Assembly: GCA_012295275.1 (NCBI GenBank)
Contig: CM022671.1
Location: 2,728,001 to 2,792,000 of the forward strand
Length of the DNA: 64,000 nucleotides
Direction of reading: 5' to 3'
Origin: Chrysomallon squamiferum
Lineage: Eukaryota; Animalia; Mollusca
Shown: piece after piece, positions 14,801 to 28,436 of the stretch
Numbering within the stretch: position 1 is the first letter of the stretch
How the letters are laid out: the number at the start of each line of letters is the position of its first letter
The notes under the pieces: generated by a model
The model's input: only the letters and a program-made list of their open reading frames with translations
Database searches by the model: none
What the model was told of the DNA's origin: nothing
Made by a program: the position numbers and the translations under genes

Positions 14801-17800
14801 TGTATATGTGACATGTATTATCTTAGTTTCAAAATCAAATACTGAAACAGCCAAAAAACATTCAAAATACTTTATTTCACTTCAAGTATGCATGTGCACA
14901 TGGATATCATTTGAAAACTAGTTTTGAAACCAAATCCTGTAACCGTCAGATTTACCAACAAAGAATGTTTAATCTGTCCATGTGAATATTTTGTATGTCA
15001 CTGTTGTCAAGTCATAAAACAATCAACAGATAAAAGAGAAATAAAAGATGAATTAAAAGGACACTGAAACTTGCTGATATAAACAAAAAGAAACCTTGCT
15101 GCAGATAACACGATCCAGCCATCGAAACTGACTAAGCAGAAGACGTGGAAGAGATACTTTTTCTCCATGATCAAAAATATTACTGTAAAATGAATAGAAA
15201 ATAGTTTTAATTAATTACTTGTACTATGCATCTATTCAGTATTTAGATTCCATTATGAAGTCTGTCTGGTTGTTAGCTGAGTCAAACTAGTGTTCAATTT
15301 AGTCTGTGAACCCAGTTTTGTAATTGACAAATTAATTAAAACAAATTTCTATTTATTAAAGACATGTTTCAGTAAATAATTTAATTATTTAAGGCAACAA
15401 AACTATGTTAATATTTTAAAAAGATAGATGTGTGATTTTTAAGAAAATGAAGTCTATCTGATCACTATTAAAAATGAAGAATGAATGAACAATATTTTAA
15501 TAACATCTTAAATTTGTTTTTATTAAATCATTGTGACAAGTCATTATAAAGTCTTTGTAATAGCAAAATGATATAATCATTTAATTAAACACACTAATGT
15601 AAATTGTAATCACTTACTCTTCTTCTCCAACAAACTCAGGAAGCTTTTCAAGTAACAGACACACCAGTTTAGGCTAAATAAAAAAATATTAATAAAATGT
15701 AGAAATTAAACATGAAAAAAAAATATATATATATAAATTATAAATCAATAAAGAATTAAAATATGAAAGTTAGTTAAAGACATCAATAAAGATAAACAAT
15801 AACTATCTTGATCTGGGTTTTTTAATCATTATCATTATCATTATTTTTTTTGAATCAATAAAGAATTAAAATATGAAAGTCTGAAATTAAAACAAGTTAA
15901 AGACATTAATATTTCCAATTGGATAAATCAGTAAATACAAACAAGAGCTGTCTTGATCTGTTGTGAGAATAATGTAAATCTTTGTAAATGATTTCCTTAA
16001 ATAATAACTATCATGTTCAATAAATGCAGAACACAGTTGTATTTTGTAGATTTCAAAGTGAATTTCTTGTCAAACGGTATAAATCTATTTTATGTACTTT
16101 CAAATCAGTTCTGCTTCCATTCAAAGTCTATCCCTACTTATACTCACAGAGTCTAAATAGTTTTGAAAATTACTTGAAGGAGCTGATTTATTTATTAACA
16201 GTACAAATATATTTCAGATTTAATATTTTTTACTTGTATTAATTTATTCATAATTTATTGTAATTAAAATAACACAATTTTACCTGTATAATATCTATGC
16301 CAAGCAGAATTCTCACCAAACTATTCTGAATAGATGATCGAGCACTTAAAAAAAGAAAAAAAGATATATATAAAGACACACACACACACAGAAATAACCC
16401 ACACATGATTAGAGTATAAATACTTTATAAATATTTGCCAGCAATACTAATTTAATAAAATTTGTGACATTTTAAGATTTCTTGTTATTATTTGCATGTT
16501 ATATATATATATTTTTTCAAACATTTTATTTAATATCACATGATGTTAATATGTCCAATCAAATTAACTATCACAATGTTTGAAAATAAGGAGAGAAAGT
16601 AAAAAGAAAGTAAATACATATTGTACTTTTTATTGTTACATTTTTTAAATTTATTTCTTTGCTGTAAATAGACTGACAATAAATAATATGACTGAGGAAA
16701 AGCAGAGACTGGTAGTTTCTCTATTTTCACAGCTACGCAAATTCTAATGTTAAAGTAAACAGATGAAACAATGCTGGATCCATTCTTCTGCTGGAGATTC
16801 TTTATATTTCTAAACAAGGAAAAATGGCATGTTCCACACTTCTATTACATCATTATATTATTTCCATCCTTAATTATTAGTAAAGGTTTACACTTAGTCA
16901 AAACGAAATACTTTCATATGTACCTCAGTTATTATTCTTATTTTTTTATATTTTAAGTTTCTAAAATCAAAATGCAGCACATACCTTTCACAGTCTGACG
17001 ATGTAAGTGTTGGCATCAAACTTTTATAAAATCTAATTTTAAAAAACAAAAGTGATAACATTACACCATTTAATAAAAAAATATATATTAAAACTGGGAA
17101 AGAAGCATTCAATAATAACATCTTGATACATTTTAATATCAACTATCAGAAATCTTCTGCATATATACCATTCCACTAATTAGCAACATGAATCTTTAAT
17201 ATGATAAATTATATAGGTACCACAAACTTTAATATTTCAGTCACTGAGAATTGGTTGGAACATAATAAAGTCAAAAAAGAAAAATATAAAATTATAAATG
17301 AAAACTAATATGATCAGTATTTAGAAGAGACATTTACCTTTACAGATATTTAAAATATTTAATACAGACTAAACAAAAAATTAAACCTATACACCGTATC
17401 TTAAGTAGTTTAATAAAATTATCTACATGTATGCAGTTTTATATATTATAATTTATTACTTAAAGAAAAACACACAACTTTTTATTTGTCTTTAATTGTG
17501 CAATTTTCTGTTCTACTAGTGATGAAAAAGCTACATTCTAGTTGATGATCTATAATTGTTTTGTGAGAATAAGAATGTGGGTGTTTACACACACACATAT
17601 AAATGCATACATACATAAATATATTTAAAAACATTCTAATTTTAACAAATTTCAGGGGGAAAATATTATTTTAAATAAAAATAACTAATGATTGTTACCT
17701 TTCAGATTTTTCAATATAATCTTGAAATCCTTGTAAAAAGTCTTCTACAACCTTCCAAAATAAAATTAATAATAATGTACACACATTATAGTGTCACAAA

Positions 17801-20800
17801 AATACAAAAAGAATATACATCTTCAGCAAATTAATAACTGCAGGGCAGAAAAAAAAGAAAAAAAAGAAAATGATTTTACAAAATTGAGAACCAGTTTTAC
17901 CCACAACATAAAATCTGAAAACAGACTAATTAATAAAAATAAAACTATAAATAAATTATTTCTATTAAGAATTATACTTCTTTATTTTTGTTTTCTTTTA
18001 TCAGTTTTTACACTTGTACTGGTAAACACATAAAAATCCAAAACATGTCTGGGATTAACAGATTAATATTTTCACCCAACACCAATGGGAACAAATTCCA
18101 ATACTTAGTTTTATGATAAATAGTTACTTTCATTTTTGGCATATTTTGATACTAGTACCCCATTTCAAACTACTGGGGTTCTTCATAGACATGCATTTCT
18201 ACAGAATAACAGAAATTAGTTTTTATATACACATTTCAAAAGAAATAATATTTTTGAAAAAACTGAAAAGTTGAATGAAGGATATATGAAAGAAATTCTT
18301 AATATTTCCAAGATTTTCTTTCTGTCATTTTCCAGTGTTTGTTTCCAAATTTGTAATCAGTAGCACAAATAGTGTTCATGCAGTATCTGCCAGAAAATGT
18401 TATCTGTGTACATGAACTTTCTTTTGCAAAAAACCTGAAACATTTGTCTGAAAATATAAATTTTGTTTTTACATTTTCTTAATGGTTGATCAAAAATTAA
18501 AAAAATGTATTAATTTCTTGCAAATTTTCACATTTTTTTGCTTTGTGTCCCCTTAACCAAACTAAGAAAATAATGAAATAAATACATCAGGATAACTGTT
18601 GTGTCTCTTCAATGCTGTGTTAATATTTCTCTGAAACACTGCCTGGTCCACACCTGAAACAAAACAAAACATTAAAATTAACACAATATTCAGAACAAGC
18701 AGCTTGTGCATCAGTTGTAGCATGAAGGAAGAACAGTTTAAATAAATATTTATATATATATAACATGTTTTATGCATACTTTTAAGGACCATAGCAACGA
18801 TAACTCAATGAGTTAGGAACCAGTGACCTATTTTTTTCAGCAAGAAGGCAAAGTTTTACACATATCTTTCCACAAATAGGAAAATGCAAATTTTCATTAG
18901 TAGTAAAAATGTGTGTTTAATAAAGTCACCCTATTTGATAAATTATAAAAATACTTCAATTAAACTAAGAATTTCTGTGGACAAATGGCCTAAACATTAT
19001 ATACAGATTAAAGACAAAAATAAAGTACAACAACTTGGAACCTTTCACTGTGATGTTACTGTACTGAGATTGTGTTGTATTGTGTTGTGGTATGTTTTGT
19101 TATTTTAACATCTTAACATATAAAACGTCCTCAGAAAATAGAGAGAAAAAAACAAAAGACAATTATTAGAAAAGGATGAGTTCATGAAAATTATGTTTAC
19201 AAACTGCTTTTATAAGGTTTATTTGTAACACTAAAGGTGTACTTTAAAACATTTTTTTTTTTTTTTAAATCAGCCAGCATTTAATGTGGATACTATATCA
19301 TGGTTTTGATTGTTTAACAAAAAACAAATATGGAAATATTATGTCCCAAAAGTTTATATAATTTTATACACATACATAACCTTTACTTGTGTACAAGTCA
19401 CATTTTGATACAAAATTAATTAAATGCACATGGATATACTGAACACTGGTGGTTTATAAAAAAATCTGCCATTCTGCATTTAGTGACTTTCATTTTTATT
19501 ATAACTATTATACACAAAGGTGAGTGGGCAAGAACGCATATAAAATTTCTATTAACTGATCAGTATAAAGTTGGCAAAATAAACTCTGTGTTCCAAATCC
19601 TATGTACAAGTCATATCCCAACTTTCAGTACTGAATTAATCTACAACATGTGGCTATAAAACCTTCTGAATATGATCACTGTGAGTGTTCATATACAAAA
19701 TAAAAATATCTCCTGTCTGATTATTTATTGTAAACCATATAAATATTACCTATTTCATTATTTTTCTTTCCTGCACTAAGCGTGAAACCTGCTTTATAAA
19801 CCATCTGAGCAAACAGAGACTTGTCTGTGTAAATATCATCAGTTACCTCCTCTTCATTTCTCCGTTTCTGTTTACTCCCATCTGAAATAAATTACTAAAC
19901 ATTACAAATATACTAACAACTTAGACATCATCTCACAATACAACATAAATCAAAAACACTAAACTTTGGTGTATTGGTTTGTTCATAAACTACAGTTAAA
20001 ATACACACACAAAAAAAAAGACATATGGCAATAAAATAATTGAGGGGTTTTTTTTGGTTGTTTTTTGGAGGATACAGTAGTTCAAGAAGAGATTAAATAA
20101 TTTACTTATTTAGTCTTTTTCAGTTTCAATTCATTATTTGTATATTGATCTTTTACACAAGCAAACAGACTAAACATACAGATAGATCAAAACTGAATAT
20201 CTGTAACTTTTAAAATTTAAGCATTTCAAGAACAAAACATTTAAAAACACAGGAGGAAATGAAAGTGGCTGTACACTTTTCAAGGTAAATTATGTTATAG
20301 CTATACTTTTTTATTATCTAACCAGCTTTACAGGTTATTGTTTTTTATTTTTTTATTTCCATTATTAGTCTTTCTTGTAAAATTTTCAGAATTACTAATA
20401 AAATATCTTTTTTCTAAATATAAGTGTTGATTTTTATTTATTTTTTTGTACATAGCTTTGTTTTATTTTATATAATTTCTGGTGCATGGACAACTTGGCC
20501 TGTGGATTCTTGGAACAAAATTTGTAGAGATAAATCATGCATGTGACAGTCATAATGTTAGCTGTGCATAGTGTAGAGTCCATGCCATAGCTTATTATAA
20601 TAACAGTATCAGATGGGTTTCTAGAAAAGTATAAAGTAATAATAATGGCCATTGTACTGTTGGTAGACATGATCATGAAGTACCTAAAGCATAATCCACC
20701 CCAAAATGCTCTTTATTATATTAAAATATGTTTGTTTTCCTTTAACTGACATTTTGGCTTAAGGTGGGACTATTTCAAAACCAACAGAAACAGATTCATT

Positions 20801-21029
20801 TATTCAAGAACAGTTTTAATTAAAAAAAAAAACACTTTTAAGTTATAAGATTCTGTCCGTGTCCCATTTTTTTCAGAACTGTGGGCTGAGTGGTTCCTTT
20901 GGCCAAGCTGTTTGACATTCCCAGTTTATAATTTACTACAATCAGCCAAAGATTGATTTACATTTAAACAAAATGAAAAATACATATCAAACCTAAAGAT
21001 GAAGAATTTTTTCTTTTTGTTTTCTGCAT
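1..21029 (-). CDS. FANCD2: Fanconi anemia group D2 protein, copy 1 (intact, 36 coding exons in window, 3' end beyond left edge)
   Basis: Phase-consistent exons: 20993-21029 (ATG), 19750-19881, 18586-18653, 17699-17751, 16985-17032, 16284-16344, 15618-15673, 15095-15182, 14458-14582, 14055-14142, 13490-13594, 13227-13291, 12532-12637, 11729-11902, 11277-11411, 9659-9790, 9158-9265, 8679-8728, 8227-8286, 7802-7964, 7412-7488, 6808-6933, 6423-6526, 5798-5913, 5347-5455, 4762-4867, 4277-4349, 3891-3991, 3516-3597, 2962-3078, 2302-2430, 1824-1942, 1345-1458, 817-944, 546-645, 1-123 (3578 nt, no stops found). Recognisable FANCD2 motifs: [113 protein letters not shown]. Confidence 0.96.
124..545 (-). 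other. FANCD2: GC-AG intron in FANCD2
   Basis: The exon ends ATC AA|gcaagt and the next exon starts G ATG TAT (phase 2). The nearby GT (gtataa) would give phase 0 and break the frame. The same GC donor is present in copy 2 (47857-47858). Confidence 0.85.
8702..8704 (-). other. FANCD2: Codon for the FANCD2 monoubiquitination lysine (human K561 equivalent; K536 in this reconstruction)
   Basis: Exon 8679-8728 reads [17 protein letters not shown], matching the conserved VIRKQLS motif around human K561. Confidence 0.9.
8830..8887. repeat. (AAT)n microsatellite in a FANCD2 intron
   Basis: Visible AAT run; much shorter at the equivalent site in copy 2 (~56155-56184). Confidence 0.95.
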
Positions 21030-21149
21030 TTTTCTGGAAAATAAAAATAATATATATAAATTAATGCTATTAATAATGTTACATGCGACTGTAATTGAAA
21101 CAGAAATACAGATAGAAAAAATAAATAGCAATAATAATTATTAAATTAT

Positions 21150-21400
21150 TAGAACAATAACAGTTTTATTGTCTGAAAGTGAAAAGATTATATTTTATTT
21201 ATTTATCATTTTTTTTTTTTTTTTTTATAAATTCTATTATTATTATTGTAGTAGTAGTAATAGAACAATAAATGTTTTATTGTTTGAAAGGATTATATTT
21301 TATTTTAGTTATAATTTTTTTTTTTTTATTATTATTATTATTATTTTTTTTTTTATAAATTCTATTATTATTATTGTAGTAGTAGTAGTAATAGCAGAAA
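21150..21400. repeat. Imperfect ~120-bp tandem duplication of low-complexity sequence
   Basis: 'gattatattttatt...tttttataaattctattattattattgtagtagtagtaatag' occurs twice in tandem. Confidence 0.75.
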
Positions 21401-21747
21401 TTTAATTTAAAAAAAAAATAAATAAAAACGTTTGCAGGTTTCGGGCCAAAGATCTGATCTGCGAGTATGAAAACTACGTGTTCTATTGTAGGCATCAGTA
21501 TACTATAACATAACATGATTATGATGATAATTATTACCAATTTACATCATTACAATGTAATTTACGTGTCATTGTTTGTGGTTTATTCGAGTCATTGTTA
21601 TTTGTTATCATTATCATATTATGTTTAAACTAGTGTCGTAGTGACTTTAGAAGTTTAGCACTTTCTTTAGAAAGATAGGAAAAAGATTTTGTTTTCCAAA
21701 AATTTCACATATATTTACAAACATAATCAATCCACCACTGGACTAAC

Positions 21748-21847
21748 CTTTCAACTAGAATAAATAAACATTTTACTCTTTGACTGAATGTGAAAGTTAT
21801 TTCCGAATAAAAATTATTTCCCGCGTTTTTATATTCTGCTTCCGGAT
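21748..21847 (-). promoter_or_regulatory. Putative FANCD2 non-coding first exon and core promoter with E2F and ETS motifs
   Basis: Donor GAAAG|gttagt at 21748/21747. TTTCCCGC (E2F consensus TTTSSCGC) at 21817-21824 and CCGGAAG (ETS) on the minus strand at 21839-21845, in otherwise CpG-poor DNA ~0.8 kb upstream of the ATG exon. Confidence 0.55.
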
Positions 21848-21945
21848 TTTCATTATGCTAATTTCTAAAAAACAATTTGGAATTATTACATTTACTGTTT
21901 GTTTTTCTTCTTCTTCTTCATCTTTTTTTTTTTTTATTATTATTA

Positions 21946-24424
21946 TTTTTTTTATAGAAATTATTTACCTTTTAGCTTTTAACATTACTCTGTAAGGCTT
22001 AACACCTTGACCATGAAAACCTCAATATTTTTTGGAAAAACACACTCGTTTGTAGTCTGTATAATGTACATTTATGAATTTAATTTTTTAATACTTTAAT
22101 ACTACATTACTTTTTAAATTGTTGTTGTTATTATTATTACCATAACAACAACAAGATAATAATAATAATAATTTTTATTATTACTATTATTATATAGTTA
22201 CAAACTGTAGCAACTTCAATGACGCCCATGAAAACTTGAACATTGTACATACATTACATTTTACACTCACGGAGTTAACTCTACGAGCTTTCTTCCGACG
22301 AACAAACTCAACTGAACAAAATGAACAAAATACCGATCTCTGCTTCATTTCTATAACCAAAATGCATGTATTTGCCTCCCGAAAATGGTAAGAAACCTTG
22401 ATGAAAAACTACGATAAAATCTCTTGACAATTTTCGAGCAAGAGACCCCTTTCGAAAATATATTACTAGAAAGAGCAATATTTCATCTCTTTAAACACAG
22501 TGGAATTAAATCTTAAAACAAGTATACATTTTTTGCCGAACCACGTTGTAATTCATGGTTCACCTCCGAGTTACTTTTCCTAAACGAGAACCTCCTGAAT
22601 TCTATTTGATGTTTCCTGTTGGTGAGCAAAATGATAATTATTTTCAAAGATGTCGATTTAACCGTATAAATTATTAAGTGATTAAATCTGGGTTGAAATG
22701 AAATCGAGCTGCTTATGTACACATTTTCTAACGGTGTCTCCATTAAATCATCGAAATTATTTAGGCACATCACTTCGACAAAATGTTAGTTTCAAACTGT
22801 GATGAGAGGCCTAATGCACAAAATCTGTGTGGTTTTTTAGCAGTTTATTTATGATTATGGATTCAGTAGTATTTACCTTTTTATTTGATTTTTCTCCGGT
22901 TATGGCAATGCCTTGGATGTAAATATTGGAACTGGTGATCGAATAAGTGTGGTAGATTGGTGTCTTTCGGAAAAATTAAGCTTGTTATGTTTGAAACGTG
23001 GTTCAATAATACAACATACACAATAAATAATAACGGTAGGTGATTCAGTACAAATTTCCTTATTCAGTCTCTTCTTCACTTTGACATTTGCTTCAGAAAA
23101 TCCGCTCTTACTTTCACTCATCCGCTCAAAAATATATTATCCAAAATCACTTCTTAAGTTTTAGCCTGGTGAAATTCAACATATACTACATGTAAGTACT
23201 ATCAAGATATAATTCATTATCCTTTCATATTTGTGTCTGTGTTATTATTATAGACTGTAAATTGTGTTGAGCCCCCCTCTAAGGAGAAAAGGGCACTCAA
23301 CAAGTCTCCTTATTATTACCTAGACTTTACAGGCAGTAAACAGCAATTTGTAAAAAGAAGAAAAGAAGAATTACCGCGCCGCTACCACCACAATTAACAT
23401 TTCAGATTTTCTAATTTCTCCAATCTAAATGTATTTTTTTTTTTTATAGAAATTATTTACCTTTTAGCTTTTAACATTACTCTGTAAGGCTTAACACCTT
23501 GACCATGAAAACCTCAATATTTTTTGGAAAAACACACTAGTTTGTAGTCTGTATAATGTACATTTATGAATTTAATTTTTTAATACTTTAATACTACATT
23601 ACTTTTTAAATTGTTGTTGTTATTATTATTACCATAACAACAACAAGATAATAATAATAATTTTTATTATTACTATTATTATATAGTTACAAACTGTAGC
23701 TTAACTTCAATGACGTCCATGAAAACTTGATTGCCCCCACAGAGGAACGTTCCAGTCAGCGAGAGGCAGATTCGTAATATTCGAAAAGTTGTTTATTATA
23801 GGTCCTGTCTCTACTATGTTAAAAAATGGAAAATCTGAAGTCTTATCGCACAAATGTTACATTGTACTGTGGGAAAAATAAAAAAATAAAAAATAAAATG
23901 CTTTAACTCTTCATCGGGTTAGTCGTCCCCTCGCTATAAATCTTTGATCGTGTATTGTGAACACTGAACATGCATTACTTTTTACACTCACGGAGTTAAC
24001 TCTACGAGCTTTCTTCCGACAAACAAACCCAACTGAACAAAATACCGATCTCTGCTTCATTTATATAACCAAAATGCATGTATTTGCCTCCCGAAAATGG
24101 TAAGAAACCTTGATGAAAAATTTCGATAAAATCTCTTGACAATTTTCGAGCAAGAGACCCGTTTCAAAAATATATTACTAGAAAGAGCAACATTTCATCT
24201 CTTTAAAGACACTGGAATTAAATCTTAAAACAAGTACACGTTTTTTGCTGAACCACGTTGTAATTCATGGTTCACCTCCGAGTAAGAAAGACTGATTATG
24301 TTACTTTTCCTAAACGGGAACCTCCTGAATTCTATTTGATGTTTCTTGTTGGTGAGCAAAATGAATTTTTTTTTCAAAGATGTCGATTTAACCATTATAA
24401 ATTATTAAGTGATTAAATCTGGGT
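21946..24424. repeat. Direct duplication: 21946-22693 repeated at ~23438-24424 (second copy has ~250 bp extra and ends at the gap)
   Basis: Shared sequence from 'atagaaattatttaccttttagc' to 'gattaaatctgggt' with scattered substitutions and indels. Confidence 0.9.
23253..23318 (+). mobile_element. Probable 3' tail of an L2/CR1-group LINE or a related SINE
   Basis: tgtaaa...tgttgagccc...gggcactcaaca stem-loop followed by a short (TTA)n tail, the typical 3'-end layout of these elements. Confidence 0.45.
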
Positions 24425-24624
24425 NNNNNNNNNNNNNNNNNNNNNNNNNNNNNNNNNNNNNNNNNNNNNNNNNNNNNNNNNNNNNNNNNNNNNNNNNNNN
24501 NNNNNNNNNNNNNNNNNNNNNNNNNNNNNNNNNNNNNNNNNNNNNNNNNNNNNNNNNNNNNNNNNNNNNNNNNNNNNNNNNNNNNNNNNNNNNNNNNNNN
24601 NNNNNNNNNNNNNNNNNNNNNNNN
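24425..24624. other. Assembly gap (200 N)
   Basis: Run of exactly 200 N, which suggests a fixed-size scaffolding gap of unknown true length. Confidence 0.99.
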
Positions 24625-25700
24625 ACTTCGTTCAGTTGCATATTGCTTAGTACTGTAAATATAGACAGTTTCAGTTTACAAGTGCCCCTCTATATATTCA
24701 AGGAATATAAGATTCACAGTCTGTCATTATTTTGCAAAACATATAAATCATTATTTTATTTCATTTCATTTGATAAATATATTATATAAATGTTGATATC
24801 AGGATAACTTTGTAAGATTTTTGAACGCCAACATATTTTGTATTTTACGAAGAGTTCAAACCAGATTATTAAACTGGTTCTCTTAGTCTTCTTAAAACTG
24901 TCGTGTACTTTTATTTTATTTTATTTATTTATTATTTTTATTTTATTTTATTTTTATTTTTATATCAAAACATTATAATGATTATTACTAAAAGAAAAAA
25001 ATATTATTTTTTTTTATTTATTTATTTATTTATTTATTAGTAGAATTAGCTGTCACGGTCGTTGGTGTTGTTGTTGTTATACTATTTTGATGTGATCTTT
25101 TATTCATCATGATGCATTAAATATAAACTTAATATATTAAGCACCAGACGTCTAGACAGGGTTTTCATTCAAGTTTTCAAATATTTCATGTCAGTAATAT
25201 TTATAGAATTATTTTAAGTTTAAATTTTCACTGAACTATTATCTTTAGAAACATGATTAACAAGAAAGAGTGAAGAATCTATGAAGTTTAACATTACATA
25301 AAACGGTTCTTTGTCATCATAAATAAAAGAAAAATGTCTTAAATTGCCATCTCGAAAGCATCTTTCAGTTATTTACTTTGTACTAATTAGTTATTTTATA
25401 TTTTATGTTAAAATTACGACGTTTATTTTCAGTAATCCAAACGATAATCTATAATTACATAAAGCAATGGCCTGATAAATAACAATACACGAGCAAAATA
25501 GAGATTTTTTATATAAAAGTACGAATGACTAATTCTATTCATTGTATGTAATTTTAAATATCATTTCATTTTACATAAATAATTAATCTTAAAATTCAAT
25601 ATTCGGAATAAACGATTGTTATATATAATGAAAAATGCAGTTTTTCAATTCCAACTGATGAAAACAAGTTCCGAAAACTACTTATATATATATATATATA

Positions 25701-26230
25701 CACTGGTACCTCGTCTTACGAATGCCTCGACTTACCAGTTTTGGGAGTTACGAGGCAAAATCCGAGTTACGAGCAGAGCTTAAGATACGCCGCCGCTAGT
25801 TGGTGCATCTCAAGTTTTTGTGTTGTGCTTGCGTTTTGTGTAGTATTTTGCCAAATTTCTTTTTATGTATGTACCATACTGAAGCTGAAGGGTCGATAAA
25901 GCTGTAACTCCAACTAAAGGCGTTAAAATAATTTGTCTGATCTCCAAGATAAATACACTTTACAAAACCAAATTGTTTCTTTACATTCTGTTTTATTTTT
26001 GTTTTATACAATTTGTCTTTTATAAATACATTTTTCTTATTTAAAAACACGGTACAATTTTTTTTTTTTTTTTTTTTTTTTTTAAATGGTGTGGTTTTGG
26101 GGGGATCTGGAACCTATTAATGGTATTTCAATTAATTTTTCGGTTGGGAAAATTGATTTGATATACGAACAAATTGAGTTACGAGCTCAGTCATAGAATG
26201 AATTAGACTCGTAAGTCAAATTTACCACTG
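25701..26230. mobile_element. Non-autonomous Tigger/pogo-like (Tc1-mariner superfamily) MITE
   Basis: Left end CACTGGTACCTCGTCTTACGA; the right end reverse-complements to CAGTGGTAAATTTGACTTACGA. TA flanks both sides, internal 'gagttacgag' sub-terminal repeats are present, and the element is absent from the paralogous site near 30590. Confidence 0.75.
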
Positions 26231-27753
26231 TATATATACATAGCATAATGTAATATATTAAATAAAAACATTGAGGAAGATTATATGATTTAATAGTAGC
26301 ATTAACAAAGTTATAAATTAAAAAAAAAAAAAAAAAAAAAAATTGATTCTAATTATTATTATTATTATTATTATTTGTGTTTTTCTGTAATAAATAAATA
26401 CTGGCCGTTAAATTAAGAATCTATAGAAAATTCTTACTGCACACACCCTCAGCCATGTAAAAGGGCAATTAACGAGGCCGGGATGTAGTATGATCCTAAT
26501 TAATACACAACAACAAGTCCCGCGACGTAGAATTCATTTTAGATCTATTTATAAACGTTTATCTACGTCCCGGGCTTTAACCGTCTGGGAAGGAGAAAAC
26601 TACCGGTGGAATTCATGATCAGAAAGCACGATAGGAATAAAACTTACCAACAACAGATATGATATGACACATTGTCAAATTTATTACACCGTCTTCAAAA
26701 CTTGGCAAGGTTGTGTCCATCACAATATTATCATACATAGATACTATATAATAAAATAATACATTTTATAACATAAATATACATCAAAATAACAGTTTCC
26801 CAAAAGACTATTTTCCCTCCCAATAATTCCTGTACTATTTCGTTCCAAGATAATTCACACTTTTTCTCTTTCCAATAAACCAGTATTTGCTAGAGAACTG
26901 TGGAATAACCCCAAATTCTCACAGGACACACACACACACACACACACACTCAAATAAATAACAAAGCACTAAAAAATCTTTACAAAATAAAGCGCGTTGT
27001 GGAATATTCAGCAGTTTTTATAATTTATAAAGACAAAAAGATGGTGATTAATAGATTAAGCTATTAAGTCTGGTAATAAACACGAACATTTCCAGACTGC
27101 ACCCAGTATAACTACGTAACGCAGCACTGGGCAAAGGGTATATATAATGATCTTTCAACAGATTTTGCTGTCGATGAAATCAAACCTAACTCATTAACAG
27201 TAAATAATATTAAGCCATCCATGAATATGAAAACAACAACGACAACAGTAACTAATTAACTAACCAAATAAAGAAAGAAAGAAAGAAAAAACAACAACAA
27301 CAACAGCAAAAATAATGTTTTATCACTACCAACAGCATCTTTTATTGGTTACACAAATTTAAACTGTAATCAATCATACGTAATTATTAGTAGACATGTT
27401 TAAAAAGACATTGCCTATCAGATATTACCTTGGTAAAACAAAATATGTATTAATATTATTTCAAGTGGACTGATAATATATTCATATATGTGTGGGAAAA
27501 ATAAGTCAAACGTCTAGAATGTTAGAAGAACAATTTTATGTAGTAATAGTTTGGTGTGTACTTTTGATGAAAGCACTTTCGGGATAAATTACAAAATCAT
27601 TGTTGTTTTTGTGTTTTTTTGTTTTCCATGTACTTAGCTTAAAATAGTTCAAAACGACATGATAAATTGTGTTGTTGTTATTCTTTTATATCATATAATG
27701 GAAATTTGTCCAATCCAAGGATCTAATTGTTTACAAAATCAAGATAGAATTAG

Positions 27754-27758
<5 letters not shown>

Positions 27759-27846
<88 letters not shown>
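27759..27846. repeat. (AG)n microsatellite
   Basis: Pure AG run. Confidence 0.98.
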
Positions 27847-27847
<1 letters not shown>

Positions 27848-28389
27848 ACATAACGGTAATAAACAGAAGACAAAGGATAAATGTTGTGAAGATTTGTATT
27901 AATTTATTCTGGTAATAAACGTCCATCTCTATATGACTGTGACACAATGTCACAAAATGAATAAACAATAAAGTGGCATCCGTAAAATAAATAAATAAAT
28001 AAATAAAAACAACCTACTAATCAAAATCAAAAGCCAAAGAAAATAATTAATGAATTTCTTTTACCATGTGTTTACATAATTTACATTTCCGCTGCTATTT
28101 GAATACATCAAAAAAAAAAAATAATAATAATAATAATAAATAAATAAATATTTCGAGGAAAAGAAACACTATCCGGTTGAGAACAGTATTATAAATTTGT
28201 CGTTATATATGTTTCGCTCAGTTATAACAAAACACCTGACCCTAAATGTGTGAATTCGCTGTTTGGTTTTACTGTGTCAAAACGGGCTTAGTAACGATCA
28301 AGGAAGCATATAGTTGATGCTGCTCTTTTTTGTATTGTTAATGTTATTTCAGACGTTGCTGCTGGTGATGATAATGAAAATGCTACTGA

Positions 28390-28436
<47 letters not shown>

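Noticed and set aside
24405-24789. ORFs spanning X runs
   Set aside because: Artefacts of the N gap.
27659-27968. RE-repeat and SL-repeat ORFs (also 31385-31678)
   Set aside because: Translations of (AG)n microsatellites.
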